Source: Paraspadella gotoi
Taxonomy: Eukaryota; Animalia; Chaetognatha
Direction of reading: 5' to 3'
Length of the DNA: 64,000 nucleotides
NCBI GenBank assembly: GCA_051294375.1
Contig: CM119270.1
Span: 10,622,766-10,686,765, forward strand
Below the pieces are notes generated by a model. That model was not told the DNA's origin. It was given only the letters and a program-made list of their open reading frames with translations, and searched no databases. Made by a program: the position numbers and the translations under genes. This document shows, in pieces, positions 27,781 to 46,499 of this stretch; position 1 is the first letter of the stretch; each line of letters begins with the position of its first letter.

Positions 27781-30277
27781 CTTACTAATCTACATTCAAC
27801 ACTCTACCACTCTTTTGTCCACAGAAGTGGACATACTCTTCCGACGACGGCCTCCTTCGTCTTCAGACTTTCCACTCCCTCTGCGTCTCGGCGGAAAGTC
27901 TCGGTCCTCCGCGGAATTTTCTTAAGATGAAGATGAAGTCGTGCGAAGCTGGGACGTCATTGCGGTTAGTCGTTGTAGATTTTCCCTTCTTTAATTTACA
28001 ACTTTAGTTAAAATTGAACAATTTCATTTTATTACTGTATTGGTTTTAAAATATTCTTAAATTCTTGATTTACTCAAGTTTTTCAAATCCTTCATTTTGT
28101 AAATGCTTTTCATTTTACGTGAAAGTGAATCATTTTAATCATGAATGTGAATCGTGGAGTTCTCAGAAAGCCGAGTCTTTAACCCTAAATCTCAACTCAT
28201 CAACTCAACACATCACTTCAACTTTTCAACCCCACAGGTTCGCGGGCTCCGTCGTCGACTGCGGAAAGAAGTCGAGTCCTTTGAGAAAGTTGAGAATCAT
28301 GGGAGGAATGGACGCCGATGAAGCTTCGCATCCGTGGCAGGTGACGTGACAGGTGACGTGACAAGTGACATGAAAGGCGGCGTAACGATTCGTAAATTGT
28401 AGAAGTTGTTAAATTTAATAAAGTTTGTTAAAAATTTATGCTCTTTTAGCAAATGTCTCGCGTCACTGCTCTTTCAAAGTTTCATTTTGATAAGTCCTAG
28501 CGTTTACGTTCTGAAAAATCATATAGCAAATGTTTTTTTGACAAAATGTAAAGAAAATGAAATATTTTGAGTATAAATTTCAACTTTTTGATTCAGTAAA
28601 AAAAATTCAAAACCATTTTTTTTGTTTTAACTTTTAAACAAGATACAAATCAGATTTTTGACTTTGCTCATTTAAATTTATCCTTAACAAATTCAACCCT
28701 TACCATCCTCTTTCTCCCAACCCCCATCCCTTCCTCCAGGTCCACGTCCGCCTCCAAGCTCGCGTCGACTCCACCCTCCGCAAGAAGACATTCGGTGGGA
28801 CCCTCGTGGACTCGGATCACGTCGTCACCGCCGCCCACTGCGTCGTCGGCGACGTCGTCGACGCCATCGTCGTCGCAGGATCCAATTTCCGGAGTCGGCG
28901 CCTCGATGCCGGACGCCAGAGGCCGCAGATGAGGAGCGTGAAGCGAATCGAGATTCATCGGAAATTCAAGGAATATAGGAATCCAGCAGTGGCATTGGGT
29001 GAGAGAGAAATTTGTGTGAAATGCAGACAGAAAGTGACAGAAAGATTGAAGGTCAAAGACTGACAAAGAAAAATGGCAGACAGGCAAGGCCGACCAAGAG
29101 ACAATCAAGAAGATTGTCAGCAAATAAAAAACAAATAGAGAGTTATTTGGCAGACAAGCAATTATATAGCCAGTCAGAAAGACACAGGCAAACTATTTTT
29201 TTTGTCTCCATCTTTAAATTCTCTCTACGTTACCCACTCCAAGGTTCCGTTAACGACATTGCCATCCTAACCCTCTCCTCCCCGCTCGATCTTTCCCGAG
29301 GATCTGCGGGCGGCGTCATCCCGATCTGCGTCCCCAGCGCGACGGACCGGTTCTGGGCGGGGGAACCCGTCACCGTCACCGGGTGGGGTGTGGTGTCCAG
29401 GGTGGGTCTGCTCAGGGGCAGACGGCCGGATCGTCTGCAGGAGGCAAAGGTGAGAGACCCCGTAGGGAAGATATTAGAGGAGGGTGAGGAAAAATTCGAA
29501 GCCCAATCGAATCTCATTATATTGTATCCCTCGTTTCCAGCTCTCTCTCATGAGCCTGACAGCGTGCCAGGCTCTCTACTGGCCCAGCCCGGCGCGCGTA
29601 TTGGATACCATGTTGTGTGCTCGGGGGGAGGGAGGTGAAGACGCCTGCACGGGCGACTCGGGAGGCCCACTCGTTATTCGGAAGGGCGCGTGGAAGCACG
29701 TGCTGGTCGGAATTACGAGGCGAGTTGGCGGGGAAAAAAGAGGAGACTGGACGCAACAAGACGATATTATCGTCGATAACTGCAGTGACACTTTAAGTTG
29801 TATTAAAAATAACGAGGCTTAGCGATGCTTTTTATGACAAACTAAATGATTATATTAATTAATTGTTGTTTTCTTAATCATGATGATGCGCGCATAACTT
29901 TACATAAAATAAATACCATAACATAACAAACAAAACTCTGAAACAAACCCAAAGAGTGACTTTGAATAGATAGAATAATAAAGAAAAGGAACCAAATTCG
30001 TCTGATAAAATACATCCGATAACCTGGAACCGGACCTGGAACAAAATAAATTCCGACAGATGTCATCCTTTTCTTCTTTCTCCCTTTGCCCAGCTGGGGA
30101 TGGGGATGTGGGCGCATCAGCTATCCCGGGATCTACACGCGGGTTCAATCCTTTCTTCCTTGGATCGAAAAAAGAACTCGTGCTTCCCCGGGAATCGAGT
30201 GTTTGGCGCCGAGACTCAAGTGCGCCGAAGTCAACAATCTCGATTGCGTCTTTCATCCGGATTGCGAGCCGGCTTGA
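27336..30277 (+). CDS. Secreted trypsin-like (S1A) serine protease with N-terminal ricin-B (beta-trefoil) lectin-like domain
   Basis: Exons 27336-27710, 27825-27964, 28238-28340, 28740-28998, 29244-29449, 29541-29719, 30094-30277 (481 aa; an upstream in-frame ATG exists at 27255). Signal-peptide-like [14 protein letters not shown]; CL...C...QRW / CL...C...KKW repeats; activation site KLR|IMGG; [22 protein letters not shown] catalytic motifs; GITSWG...YPGIYTRV. Confidence 0.9.
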
Positions 30278-31110
30278 TAGACCAAAAATTGGAAACAAGC
30301 TTAATGAAATTTAAACAAATAAACGAAACAAGCAATGAACTGTTACACTCCTGGCTGTCTTTGTTATCTAAGGACACTTTTAGCTTCAACTTTAAACCTT
30401 TTTACGGTCATTTCTTGAAATTAGGGATTTTGTCTAAGATCATGATCTACACATTTTTTGCTCTGACACTGCAAATTTTAGTATTAAGTAGTAATTTTTA
30501 CTGCTCGACCATGCATTTTGATTGAGTTTTCCAATCTTATTAGTGCAATAATAATTATTCAAAAACTATAAATATTTATAAATTTTACAGTTGCTAGGAT
30601 AAATAGTAGGAGACAAAAAACCATTTAAAATCTTTTAATCATACAAAAGTAATAAAAATTCAACAACGACTAGTAAAACTCATTCATGGCACAATTGTGT
30701 ATAAAAAAACCTCGCTAAATGAGGGTATAGAAATTCAACCAATCACGATTTCTATTCTGCAATTAAAAAAAGAAAAAAAATCCCTAGAATCAAGTAATCA
30801 AGATAATTGAATTATTTAGAAGAAAAAAAGACCATCGACCAACGAGTTAATACAATTTCGGTATTTTCAGGCTCGACTCGAATAACAACAACAACAGGGG
30901 GCAAAATGTAACGAAAAAGCGAACCAAGTGAATATAAAACTACACAGAAGAAACGAGATTAAGAGGAGCAGAAAGGGAAAACTGAACCTTTTCATTAACG
31001 TCTAATTTTCATGAATCATTGTTTTAAGGCACAAATGAATAGTAAAATAAGATGAATGGTGTGTTGAAATTTAATGAATGAGTTTGTGAAAATATCAAAA
31101 AATAACTTAA

Positions 31111-31757
31111 CACGGATTTCAAAAGGGAGTGAAATGAAAAGATCAAATACTGATTTTGAACTCTGGTAGAAAAATTGCTGACGTTTTTTATTTTTCAACC
31201 CCCAGTGGTCCAGTTTCCTTATGTTTTTATTTATGTGCTCATCAATAGCAGGGTCGAATTTAAAAAAAAAAAATTTTGCATTGAACAATAAGAATGTTAA
31301 AAGCTTTTTCACAACTACAATGACAGCCATTTTTATTTTGCTGTTTTTTCTAGTTTAAAACTTTTAAAAAAAAATAAAAATTTCAGCTTGAAAAAAAATT
31401 GAAAAAGAACAATGATCTGGCAACATCCAGTTGCCTCATTAAACCTTGAAATATATTAATAAGAATTTTGTTACACGCTCCCAAAACATTTTACTAACTA
31501 ATAAATGTAAAAGAAATTAAAATTATTGGCTCAATATTTTTCACAATGAGTTTAAAATAGAACTATCAAATAAGAGGGAAAAAATACTGCAAAATAAGCT
31601 GCTGGAAGGTTGTTATGATAAAGTATTATCAATTTGTTATATAGGAATATAAACGTCAAGAAATTTTTTAACTAATAAAATGAACAAATATTAATCACAT
31701 TCAGTCAGTTAAGAGTTATTACAACTCTTTTCATTTCACTCCCATTTGAAATCCGTG
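31111..31757. mobile_element. Second copy of the CACGGATTTCAAA MITE
   Basis: TIRs cacggatttcaaaagggagtgaaatgaaaag / cttttcatttcactcccatttgaaatccgtg; internal sequence matches 21834-22834 inverted. Confidence 0.7.
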
Positions 31758-32419
31758 TATAAGGCAGAAACGAATTACCTATAACTTTTTTTTTCTAAAA
31801 AAAATAGCATACAGACAATCAGATAGAGAGACAGACACGGGCAATGAAAGTTATTTTAAGGCGACGACGACATACAAAATTAAAATTCAAGTCAAGCTGC
31901 TGCGACAAGCAAATTCAACAAGCAAATTTTGACCGTACGATTGTGGATTGTGGATAAGTGGGCTGAAGACAACTATCCGTAACATCCATAGCAGCCATGG
32001 AAAGGGTTCCAAGGCTTGGAACCAGACTTGACGGTTTTCCACGCCCCCAAGTTTACGGCCGTCCTCACGCTTCCCGCAGGTTATGTACCGGATTGGGATA
32101 AAACCCGGTACCTTTTACTCAATGTTTCACCTGGTCACGACTGATGCTTATTGCTTATATGCGGGGTAAACTTATGCAATGCCGGATTACACGATGACGA
32201 CGTAATGACAATGAGAAAGATCTAACTTGATTTTGCTTAAATTAAACTAATTTTAATTTAATTTCTTTAAAAAATTTCAAATAACGAATCTCAGGCTTAG
32301 TTTAGTATTTCTTCATTTAATTCTCTAAATAAAAAGTTACTTTTTACTTTCTCCTTTACTTTCTAATTCGAACGACGACCCCATCTCGCCAAATCCTTAC
32401 ATCCCTTCCCAAATAAAGA

Positions 32420-37802
<5,383 letters not shown>

Positions 37803-38689
37803 CGATTCTCTCCTTTGAATCTCATTCTTCGATCTCACAGGCCAAAGTCTTATAGGCGCGCCTATTTAAAAATCGCGGCGCGTGGGGGGGTTTTGAAAGG
37901 TTTTATCAAAGGCACGACGGTTGCGTCGACGCGAGTCGTCGAGAGAAGAACTAAGGCACAAAAAATTTGATAGAATTGTATATATTGTGAATAGCAAGTG
38001 GTGAAAATGATTGAGGTAAACGGAATTTTTTAAGAAATGACTATAAATAAATCAACAGAATCAAAAGATTAATATTTTTGTATAAAATTTTTAATATTTA
38101 AATTTTTCATAAATAGCGTTTTAAGTTAATGAGATCAAGACGAAAAGATATAAGTAACCATTTCTGCCCAATAACAGTGGCAAAGCATAAAACGCTTGAC
38201 GCTTGTTTATAATTGAACTATAAATATTTTGTAACGATACTATTTATAGCAAGAGTCTCTTTCTTAACAGTAGAGATCCAAAAGCATCCTCTTATTGCAA
38301 GAAGAAAAAAAACAAAAACAAAAGGAACATCAATGGCAATAGTAAAAACAATAAGCAAAATAAATGGACAAAACAATTACACAAGTTGACTAAATTGCAT
38401 GTTGTGCTCTGTGCAGCTAAGTGAACTGCTCTTTAACTTTAGTTTAAGCCGGACTGTCAACAGCGGCTGTCAGTTTTCATTGAATTTTTTTGTGAATGGC
38501 ATGACGTCATTGCGGATCCAAAGCGCGAAGCTGTTGACGATATCTGACGCTGGACGGTGACTCGTCGTGGTTAGTTTTCGTCAATTTTCGTCAGCTTGCC
38601 AATTCGACAATTCTTTCTATATTTTCTACGGTTTTGTCAATCATTTCTGCCATATTAAATCATTTTATTTTTTACAATACACTTGACGT

Positions 38690-40575
38690 TTAATCTTTCA
38701 TCTTTCCCCCGATTTGCGCTCCAAGTTTCGAAGCCAGCGCGCCACCCAGCGTTCCTCCGGAAGGCGGCGGAATAATTCCCTCTTCCCTGCGCTGCGCGGC
38801 TAAACGACGACGCTGCGCTGCTAACACCTCTAGCCGCTTCTGCATGTCCTCCCGCGTCAACTGTTGCTGCTGCTGTTGTTGCTGCTGCTGAGAGGCCGAT
38901 GCCTCTTTCTCCGCCTTGGCGCTAGCCATCCAATCGCCAGCCGCTTCAGCGGCAGACTTAGGCATCGCCGCTGCCGCTGCCGCAGGCACCCCCTTCGTAT
39001 CGGATTCTTGCCTTCGCAAAGGGACTTTACTTTCCTCGTTTTTTGACGACTGCTGTTGCTGCAGAGATCCTGGTCTACGTTGCTGTAGGAGCACCTTTGG
39101 TGCTTCTACGGTTTTCGCGATGCCGTAATTCGATGGCGTCGATTCCTTCGCAACATTTGATACTTCGTTGTCCTCCTCGTCGTCGTCGTCCCCTGGATCG
39201 ATAGAAACTCCCTGCGAGATGCTGTAGTAGTTTCCTCGCGACCCGAGATTTCTCGAGTCTTTTCTCTCGTCGTCGTCGACCGTCGACTTCTCTCCCGTCT
39301 CTCCATCCGTGTTCCCCGCTTCCCTCTGCTCCCTCTCCCTCCTCTCCTCCGCCCATCGTCCTCCTTCGACTCTCACTTCCTCCCTTTCCTCCTCCTTCTT
39401 CCTTTCCTCTTCTTTTTCCTTTTTCTTCCTCTCCTCCTCTATTCTCCCTTTCTCTCTCTCATTCTCCTTCGTCTCTTCCTCCCTCCGCTCCTTCTCCCTC
39501 TTCTCCTTTTCCGCCCTGAGCTTCTCCTCGTCGGCGGCCTGTTCCGTCTCGAACTCTTCCTTGGATTGACGAAGGACTTGGATCATCAGAGCCTCGTCGT
39601 CGGCTTCCGAGTAGATCATGTCGGTCAGGGTTGGGTTGTCTTGCCTTCATGAAATTTTGGAGGGGTGGGGGACGGGGGAACTTTGAAGTAGGTTATTATA
39701 AGGTTTATTACCAAAATAAAATTTGTAATGTTGAATTCAAACAAGTCTCTAGTCTGAAGTCTTTTTTTTTGTGCAGTTTTTTTTTAAATGGTGTTTTACT
39801 CGGACATATAAAATTCAAAAAAGGTCATAAATGTATTAAAGTAACTTTCTTTAATACACTCTCCTCCTGCATTCCAAATCGTCTCACCAATAATCGCCCC
39901 GGGATTTGTTCTTGGTTTTGTTCTTCTTCTTCTTGTTCTTCTTTTCTTTTTCTTCGGCTTCTCGCAGATTCAACTCGAGCGCTTTCACTTCCTGATTCAA
40001 GTGTGTTCACAGATCTCCAATGAAGTTTCTTCATTATTGACCACCACACACCACAGCCCCATCGACCAGACCTGCATGATGTTGTTCTCCACCATGAGCC
40101 TCTTGAAGACGATGAAGTCGGCGGCGGCTTTGACTTGATCGAACATGCGGTTGCAGTCGACATCGCGTCTGAGCCCGAAGGACGTCCAATCCTTGGAGCA
40201 CGCCTCCAGAAATTGTTTCTGCAGGATGCAATGAAGAAAGAAATAGAAGGCCACAACATTCTTGGCTCGTTTTATACAATGATTTAACTATAATTGGTCC
40301 AACCCTCTCTGGATGCTCCAGAAGCGTCCACCAACTTATCTCACCATCTTCTCTACCTGCGTGATCCCTACGTCCTGCAAGTAGGTCTCCAGGAGCACCT
40401 CCACCATCTCTCCGTAGTTTTTGTGATCCTCCATGAACTCGTGGGGATTCTCCTCCGAGGGTCCGTAGACGAGGCACTTCTCGTCCATGAAGTTCTCCAC
40501 GGGAACTCGCCACATTGGGGACGAGAGAAAGCCGAAGACCCCGTCGAGGATCCAGTCGTCATCGTCGTCCGCCAT
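38690..40575 (-). CDS. CFAP36: Cilia- and flagella-associated protein 36 (CCDC104/BARTL1), BART-like ARL3-binding domain plus coiled coil
   Basis: Exons 40575-40357, 40218-40072, 39991-39888, 39644-38690 (474 aa). MADDDDDWILDGVFGFLSSPMWRVPVENFMDEKC...HKNYGEMVEVLLETYLQDVGITQ|KQFLEAC...AAADFIVFKRLMVENNIMQ|EVKAL and later QVLRQSKEEF follow the known CFAP36 N-terminal pattern; charged coiled-coil C-terminus. Confidence 0.85.
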
Positions 40576-40597
40576 GGCTGGACGAAGGGGGGGAGGG

Positions 40598-40659
<62 letters not shown>

Positions 40660-42558
40660 TGGAGATAAAACGGAGACGGGAAGAGAGGAGGGAAGGAAAT
40701 CTTGAAATCTTGAAGGATTGACAGAGAAAAAGTATGTAAATTCACAGCCAACAAGAAAACCAGAAAAAACTTCAAATATTATTGATAGCACTTTCGTTAA
40801 AGAGATTCCTTAACCGTTAAATAAGGGAAGCGCTCTTTATCTCTCCTAAAATTAAATCCGTTGCGAACAAGAGTCAACGGAAACCGGAAAGATATCACAA
40901 GGGTTATGAGAAATGTTTACCAAATAAAAACCAAATTAAACTTATGTTTTTAAATAAAATTTTCTTAAAACAAAGTGAAGCGCTCAAATCAGATTCGCGT
41001 TATTTGAAATATAAATGTTTTTATATTATTATTTAGTAAAAATGTCTAATGATTGGAAAAAAGACGGAGGGTTTCTCTCCTGTCTGGAATCATTTTGAGA
41101 AAAAGGTTGTGAGAAAAAAGTTGTTGTCTCGTCAAATTTTTTTTGAAAATTTTTGGGCTGAAAATAAATAATTCCAAGAAAAAACATAAAAAGGACTCCG
41201 CGGTTACTTGTATTCCAAAGCTGTCAAGTATCTGTTGAATATATTGTTGAATCTTTAAGCCAAACATCAAAGAAAGGGGACGCGGGTTTTGGAGAAAGCC
41301 TCTCTAATACCACCAATTAAAAAAAAATTAAAGAACTAAAAAGCTTTCTTCTTGAGAAAAACAACTTTAAATCGCCTCATAAGTTAACAAAAAAGAGTAT
41401 TTTTGACGCAACAAGTGAGTAATCACCACCTATGAAAAAAATATATTCTATTGCGTCCAGACTATACTACTTACTTTACCGCCAACCATAGACTAACTTA
41501 GACTCTAAGCTGAGAAGTGCATCAGGACTTTTTATCTCTTAACTCCAAACATTAACTGTTGACGCTCTTTAAAGATAATTATTTAATTTAAAAAATGATA
41601 CGAGCTCATAATCGCTCTCATTGATTTGTTTATTATCATTAATTCAGTGTATATTATTTCTTCCTAAATATTGAAATAAGATTTGAACACAAAGTTTAAA
41701 TTGTTTTTCCTTCTTTTATTCATTTATGTTATCAAATTACTTAAGTTACTAAATGAACCGATTTTAACCGACGTTTTAGAAAAATGAACGGTTAAGGAAA
41801 CTACTTTCGTACAAGTTACGATTAAAAAAAATGTAAGGTGTTGAAAAAATGTCTCTGCACACAGCAGTGACGAATCCATGCACGGATTGGATGAATTAAA
41901 AGGCGTTCAACGCGACCTTTTCCCCCTCATAAATTGAGGAACAATAAAGAAAGAATAAAAAGTTCAAGGTCGAGAAAATCAATTAGGTTTTCGAATCGTC
42001 ATCAGATCCTTTTTTTTTCTTTGATATGGAATGTTCAGGGTAAAAATCATCTGGGCCCAGGTTTCGAGGCGACATCTGGATGTCTGGCTTTTTTAAACAA
42101 ATGCTATAATCTTCAATTACTCGGCCTTGAGTTTTGGGAGAGAAAATAAAGTTGATAACGTTGATTTTTTTTTTTTTTTTTTTTTTTTTTTGACAATCCC
42201 AAACCATGTCGAAAAGTCTTTTACTTCAATTGGAATGTGCAAAGAATGATATCACTTTCCTTATTTATTGTTTCATGGTTTGTTCTTACCAATGGTTTAA
42301 CTAACTTTAGGATATAATTAAGATCAACAGAGTTTCACCCTAAGTTAATCAATAATCGTTTTGTTTTTTTTTTTTAAAGAAAGGGTTTAGATACTGACCC
42401 AAAATTCTTAATTCACGGAGAAAATTGTTTTTCTTCCGAATTTCTTCGACGCTTGGTGTCGCTGCTCATCTGGTACTTCATTTACTTGCGATAAATTGAA
42501 CATCAATGCCTGTCTTTCTGGACGTTTGTCTTTGTCTTCCAGTGTTTGGTTTCTCTTA

Positions 42559-42651
42559 AAGAGACAGTAATTATTGTTATGTGTCAGTGACAGAACCGTT
42601 CAATATAAGCAGTCCATGAGCTTCGGATCAGGCTGTAACACCGTGTTACAG
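42559..42651 (-). mobile_element. Truncated copy (3' body) of the SINE-like element at 25817-26045
   Basis: Reverse complement of about 25950-26043 (ctgtaacacggt.ttacagcctgatccgaagctca.ggactgcttatattgaacgg). Confidence 0.75.
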
Positions 42652-43300
42652 TAATCAAAGAGTATATCACATTTTTAATAAAGGATTAATCTACTTGAAA
42701 ACTTGTTTGATTTAAAACAAATCAGAATATTTATAAATCTACATTGAATTTCTTTTCAGTAGCTTCCTTCCTTTTTTTTGTAGGTCAAATCGTTTAGAAG
42801 TTAGAGGCAACAAAATATTGTTACTTAAAATAAGAAATGTAAAAAAAAAATCAGATTTAGTCTTCTACCATTTTTGGTATTTATTTATTTATTTTTATTT
42901 CGAATAGAGTTAGTTATTTTTTTAATTTTTTTAAAATTTGGTAATGCTAAAGGCCTTGCACCTCTTTTTAGTTTAAAAAAGTACTATTATAGCTCTTAGA
43001 AAAGAGGGAAAGATGCGCAACATCAACATCAGGGCTGAAAAGAATTGCATTAAAGATGTGGAAAAATATTTCACTGTCATACCTCAATTTTCTGTGCCCT
43101 GAAGAATGCAGGCAGTAATCAATGCCGAGGAAGAGCATACCAAATATTACAAATGTTTTACCCATGTTTTGTGTACTTTTTATTGAATAAATAAATTAGG
43201 TGATATACTTTTTCCTAGATAGTATTTTATTTTGAAATTTTTTTTATTGAAAATACGAATTTCGATAAAAAATTTTTTAAGGTACCAAAATCTCTCTCTC

Positions 43301-43417
<117 letters not shown>

Positions 43418-44549
43418 GTCAAAGCGCTGATGAAGGCTTGCAAGGTAAAGCCGAAACATGTCTGTTTTAAATAAAATCTCATCGTTGTTGTAAAAAACTT
43501 CGTCTTTATCTCCATCTCTATTCGATACACAACCAAAAGAAAGAATTCTCGCAACGTACCAAAAACATAATCAGCAATAGTTTTTAATAGTTTTTAATAA
43601 TTTTTAATAATTTTTAATAATTTTTATAATCATGAACTTTTGTTGCTATTCCAAAGTAAATTACATTACACTTCACATGAGGCACACACTTCACACTAGA
43701 CGTTTCAGACGCGGCCAAAGTCAAGGCGCCTCGAGCGCCCGTTGTCGTCACCCACGCGCGTGCCGTCTNNNNNNNNNNNNNNNNNNNNNNNNNNNNNNNN
43801 NNNNNNNNNNNNNNNNNNNNNNNNNNNNNNNNNNNNNNNNNNNNNNNNNNNNNNNNNNNNNNNNNNNNNNNNNNNNNNNNNNNNNNNNNNNNNNNNNNNN
43901 NNNNNNNNNNNNNNNNNNNNNNNNNNNNNNNNNNNNNNNNNNNNNNNNNNNNNNNNNNNNNNNNNNNNNNNNNNNNNNNNNNNNNNNNNNNNNNNNNNNN
44001 NNNNNNNNNNNNNAGAGATGAGTCGCAATCGAATTTTGCCAAAATAGTCTTATGTAAATGGCGCCGCCTTCGCGTTGGATGGGCGGGATTTTTTTCTGGA
44101 TGAGAGGAGAAGCGAGACGGAGAAGTGGAATTGGAAATGGAAGGAAAACTGAGATGAATTTATTGTTGCACCCAATGAAAAACTGGAAGAAAAAAGAAAG
44201 AAAAATTGATAAAACCTGTATTTCAAAAAACTAAATTCCGACATCAAAAGGTCAACTTAAACCAAACTCTTCTTCTATCTCTCTCTCTCTACTCCTACCA
44301 CGAATTATCACTATTCATTATCCAGGTCTCTCTCGACCACACTGCACTTGCGCGGAACTCATAGAATTTCTTCCATACTCCTCTCCTCCCCGATCGAGCC
44401 AAGTTGCTGGGTTTTGGAAAGCGGATTGGCTCCCAGCTAACAGCAAAGTGTCGAGACCAATACACAGATCACGGCGGTCGATTTAACACTACCCCTCACG
44501 CGAGTTCAGCAACATTCGAAAGCAGTCCGTCGATTCAACGATCAACACT

Positions 44550-44559
<10 letters not shown>

Positions 44560-44581
<22 letters not shown>

Positions 44582-45118
44582 ATCATCATTTCACTCTCTT
44601 CTCCTGCCCTTACCTCCTCTTCCCTCTTTCCCTCACCTTCCTTTCGGGGCTGAGCCTTTTTTTCAGCGGCCCAACGATGATGGTTATAACGCGTATGTGA
44701 CCCCCTGATCGCAATTTTTTCCTATTATTTTCTTTTCTTCTTTTTCCTATAATTTTTTTTCTTTTCTTCTTTTTTCCTCAAATTTTTTTTCTTTTCCATA
44801 TCATACCATTTTGGAGACCAGAAATCCAGCGGGAGTTTCCTTCTCTTCATCGAAAGAAGTGAGGCGGACCACAAAAGCTTCGAGAGACCGAAGACCAGCT
44901 TCACTTGTTTTCTTTCTGTCAACTTCTTTGTTTTTCTTTCTTTATTGTTCTTTCTGTTCTATTCTTCCTTTCTTTATTATTCTTCACTTTTTTTTTCTCG
45001 CTTAAATATTCGTTTTTCCTCTCCACCTGACTCTCTCCTTTTGAATTTGCGTCTCCTCACTTAGCAAAAAAATTTTTAAACTTATTTAATAAATTTTGTG
45101 CTCCGTGATCATTGTAAT
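44560..45118 (+). repeat. Segment duplicated at about 48540-49060
   Basis: Near-identical sequence (cacaaaagcttcgagagaccgaagaccagc ... gtgctccgtgatcattgtaa) at both places, differing by indels. Confidence 0.85.
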
Positions 45119-45612
45119 AATTTGACTTCAATTGCAAAACATTCTGCCCCAACCAATAAATTAGCTTGAAAAAATTTTAATAGCGTTTGAACTGTTTTTT
45201 TGTGTTTTTAATAACTGTTTTTTTTCGAACGACAGCGCCGGAAATATTAAAAAGGATTTTTTTTACAACACAGAATCGTTGTGAAGGCCTGTACTGAGAA
45301 GTATGATAAGCAAAGCAAAGGATAAATTTTGAACACGCATCTACATCGATAGTTTCTATTATTTAGGTCTTTAACCTCCTGCGATCGAAGACAACAACGA
45401 CCCATGGAGTCGTAGTTGAGAACTGTGCAATTATTTAGTGTCTACGAACCGGAGAAGGTTAAGACCGATTAATCCGCCCGCTGTACTAGCTCAGTGAAAA
45501 GCATCATTGGACACATTAATGAAAAAAGCAACAATGAAACGAAACTGGCGAAAAATGACATAGTGGAACCGTAGCCTTCTTGAACAACAACAACAACGAC
45601 GACGACACGACC

Positions 45613-45651
<39 letters not shown>

Positions 45652-46499
45652 CTTTACCCATCAAAAAATAGGGAATCTGCACATCGAGAAAAACACGGCG
45701 GAAGGAAGAAAAAAAAGATGGCTTTTGTCGTTTTTTCTATTATTGAGGGGAGGGAACAGCAATTGCAGAGGGGGGATGGTAGGGGTAGGGTGGGAAGGGA
45801 GGGAATGGGGGCAGATGGTGGAGGGGTGGGCTGAAGCTGACTCATGGCGTTTATTTAATCTTCGACACTGTTACGTTTAAGCGTCGATGTTTGTGCTGGC
45901 AAAGGCGAGGCGAGATTCCGGTTGGTGTGGAAAGTCTAGGGTGCATGGAATAAGGGCGTGGGAGGAATAAGGGTAAAGAGAAAGGAAGGAATAAACCGCG
46001 GATTGGAGAAAGTAGAATTTTGAATAGTCGGATTGTTAGGAAAGGGATAGGGAAAGGGGAAAGTTGGATTTAACCCTTTTCTTTCTTTGTGTCGGGTATC
46101 CTTTTTATTTAATAATTCCTAAATCTTTCAAGAATCTAGCAATAGGTCGACCTAAACTCGTAATAACCGCTGTCGTATAACGTACATCAAGAATATCATT
46201 TAAGTAACAATTTTACTTCAGAGAGATGAAAAAGCAGAAATACGAAGTTTAAAAAGTGTTAACAAGAATCTCAGAACTGAGACAACAACACTTTCGTTAG
46301 CACGCCCTCCTCCTCCCCGACTCCTGAAGGAGGTTCCGGAGGCCTCCCCCAAAAAACGGTTTTCAAAAGGCTTTTTTTTTTCGCTTGGCGATACTAAAAA
46401 CCAAAGGCGTGACTTTCGGCTTGACGTGGTAGTCCGGCAAACCGACGTCGCTTACGCCGTTATCGTTTTCGCCTCGAAATTTTTCATCGTCGCTCTTTT

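Noticed and set aside
31985-32200. GC-richer structured-looking stretch in the receptor 3' region
   Set aside because: No recognisable ncRNA motif, ORF or repeat ends could be supported by eye.
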